Positions 56,087 to 57,292 of a stretch of 57,292 nt of DNA are shown piece after piece; the stretch's first letter is position 1, and each line of letters opens with the position of its first letter. Source of the stretch: Minisyncoccota bacterium. Lineage in GTDB: Bacteria > Patescibacteriota > Minisyncoccia > Phycocordibacterales > Phycocordibacteraceae. The notes under the pieces are model-generated. The model was given only the letters and a program-made list of their open reading frames with translations. It did not search any database and was not told the DNA's origin. Position numbers and translations under genes: made by a program. Location of the stretch: assembly GCA_035627655.1 (NCBI GenBank), contig DASPLI010000001.1:464217-521508 (forward strand), written 5' to 3'.

Positions 56087-57022
56087 ATGAAAGCAGCACA
56101 AATTAAAGGGTATGGGGGTTCGGATGTAATCGAAATAATTAACGACGCGCCAAAGCCAATAGCACAGCCAGGACAGGTTTTAGTAGAAGTACATGCAGCG
56201 AGTCTGAATCGCATTGATGTGATCACTCGCGCTGGTTTCATGCATCAAATGATGCCTCTCACTTTCCCTGCAACTTTGGGGGGAGACTTCGCGGGCATCG
56301 TAAGTGAGGTTGGAGAAGGTGTTACGGATGTGCAGGTGGGCGACGAGGTATATGGTCAGGCAGGAGGCCTTATGGGCGGCTCTGGCTCACTCGCCGAGTT
56401 CACCGCAACACAGGCAAGCAAGGTTGCTAAGAAGCCCGCAAGCATCGATATGACGCAGGCGGCGTCGCTCCCACTTGTTGGAGCAAGCGCTATCCAGGGA
56501 ATTGAGGAGCATATCAACGTACAGCATGGTCAGAAGGTCCTGATTCACGGCGGAATGGGCGGTATCGGGTCTCTAGCAATTCAAATCGCCAAGATGCACG
56601 ACGCCTATGTTGCTACGACCGTTTCAACTGAAGAAATGGAAGTAGCGAAAGAGCTGGGTGCAGACGAAGTAATTGACTACAAAACCCAGGACTTCACATC
56701 GATCGTTAAAGACTACGATGCGGTATTCGTAACCGCTCAGCCCACGCTCAACGATTCTTTGAAGGTGCTGAAGAAGGGAGGAATTCTGGTATCTATGGTG
56801 GGTCCTGTCGAAGAATCCATGGTCAAGGAATACGATGTCACCATCATACCTCAGATGACTCAGGTAAGTGCCGCCCAGCTCGCTCGCCTCACTGAACTCG
56901 TCGATACTGGTAGTGTTAAGCCCGTGGTCGATAAGGCTTTTACACTCGGCGAGGTTAAGGGGGCATTCGATTACTTCGAGCAGCAGCACCCGAAAGGCAA
57001 GGTCGTGGTAACCGTAAAGTAA
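56087..57022 (+). CDS. NADPH:quinone oxidoreductase-like MDR protein
   Basis: VHAASLN, LGGDFAGIV, VLIHGGMGGIG, GKVVV; no zinc ligands. Confidence 0.92.
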   Translation: MKAAQIKGYGGSDVIEIINDAPKPIAQPGQVLVEVHAASLNRIDVITRAGFMHQMMPLTFPATLGGDFAGIVSEVGEGVTDVQVGDEVYGQAGGLMGGSGSLAEFTATQASKVAKKPASIDMTQAASLPLVGASAIQGIEEHINVQHGQKVLIHGGMGGIGSLAIQIAKMHDAYVATTVSTEEMEVAKELGADEVIDYKTQDFTSIVKDYDAVFVTAQPTLNDSLKVLKKGGILVSMVGPVEESMVKEYDVTIIPQMTQVSAAQLARLTELVDTGSVKPVVDKAFTLGEVKGAFDYFEQQHPKGKVVVTVK

Positions 57023-57032
57023 CTCACCAAGC

Positions 57033-57292
57033 ATGAAGATACACGAGCTAGGCCACGTGGTGCTGTATGTAACTGATATTGAGAAGTCAGCTAACTTCTA
57101 TCGGGACACTCTCGGCTTTAACGAGATAAGCCGCATGCGGGGAGCGGCGATTTTCTCCTCTGGTCGCACACACCACGAGTTGCTTCTTATCGAAGTAGGA
57201 GGGAAGGTTCCCGAGAAAACGGCACCCAAGCCTGGCCTCTACCACATCGGTTTCAAGATAGGGGACGGTCCTGAGGCTGCTCAGAAAGCCTA
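57033..57292 (+). CDS. VOC family protein, ring-cleavage dioxygenase-like (partial)
   Basis: Manual translation MKIHELGHVVLYVTDIEKSANFYRDTLG...HHEL...GLYHIGFKI; runs off window. Confidence 0.85.
   Translation, partial: MKIHELGHVVLYVTDIEKSANFYRDTLGFNEISRMRGAAIFSSGRTHHELLLIEVGGKVPEKTAPKPGLYHIGFKIGDGPEAAQKA

Overview
Chromosomal segment of a small-genome bacterium, most likely Patescibacteria/CPR (Parcubacteria-like). This placement is inferred from the short IF-2, the array of VirB2-type pilins, the degenerate HisRS paralog and housekeeping genes lacking Shine-Dalgarno (SD) sites. The genetic code is standard. The backbone is housekeeping genes (ftsZ, ftsA, ybeY, rpsU, lepB, pth, rpsA, gyrA, rbfA, infB, iscS-like, clpB/C, rpmG, miaA, parB, rel, topA, dprA, serS, dus, dnaX) plus 9 tRNAs. 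Many single accessory genes with their own SD and terminator hairpin sit between them. The strongest novelty candidate is a 3.7 kb integrase-less islet at the 3' end of tRNA-Glu, bounded by an 11 bp duplication of the tRNA end. It carries two coupled gene pairs: a truncated HK97-capsid-like protein plus an Mrr-type PD-(D/Q)xK nuclease (candidate undescribed anti-phage system), and a membrane protein plus a HEPN-like protein. Other notable items: a ClpB-length chaperone with a ClpP-docking IGF loop, a pilin fused to an M15 peptidase, six tandem pilins, micro-ORF units and structured RNA candidates upstream of rpsA, and a probable quinone-stress module after tRNA-Gln. All family calls come from motif recognition by eye; no searches were run.
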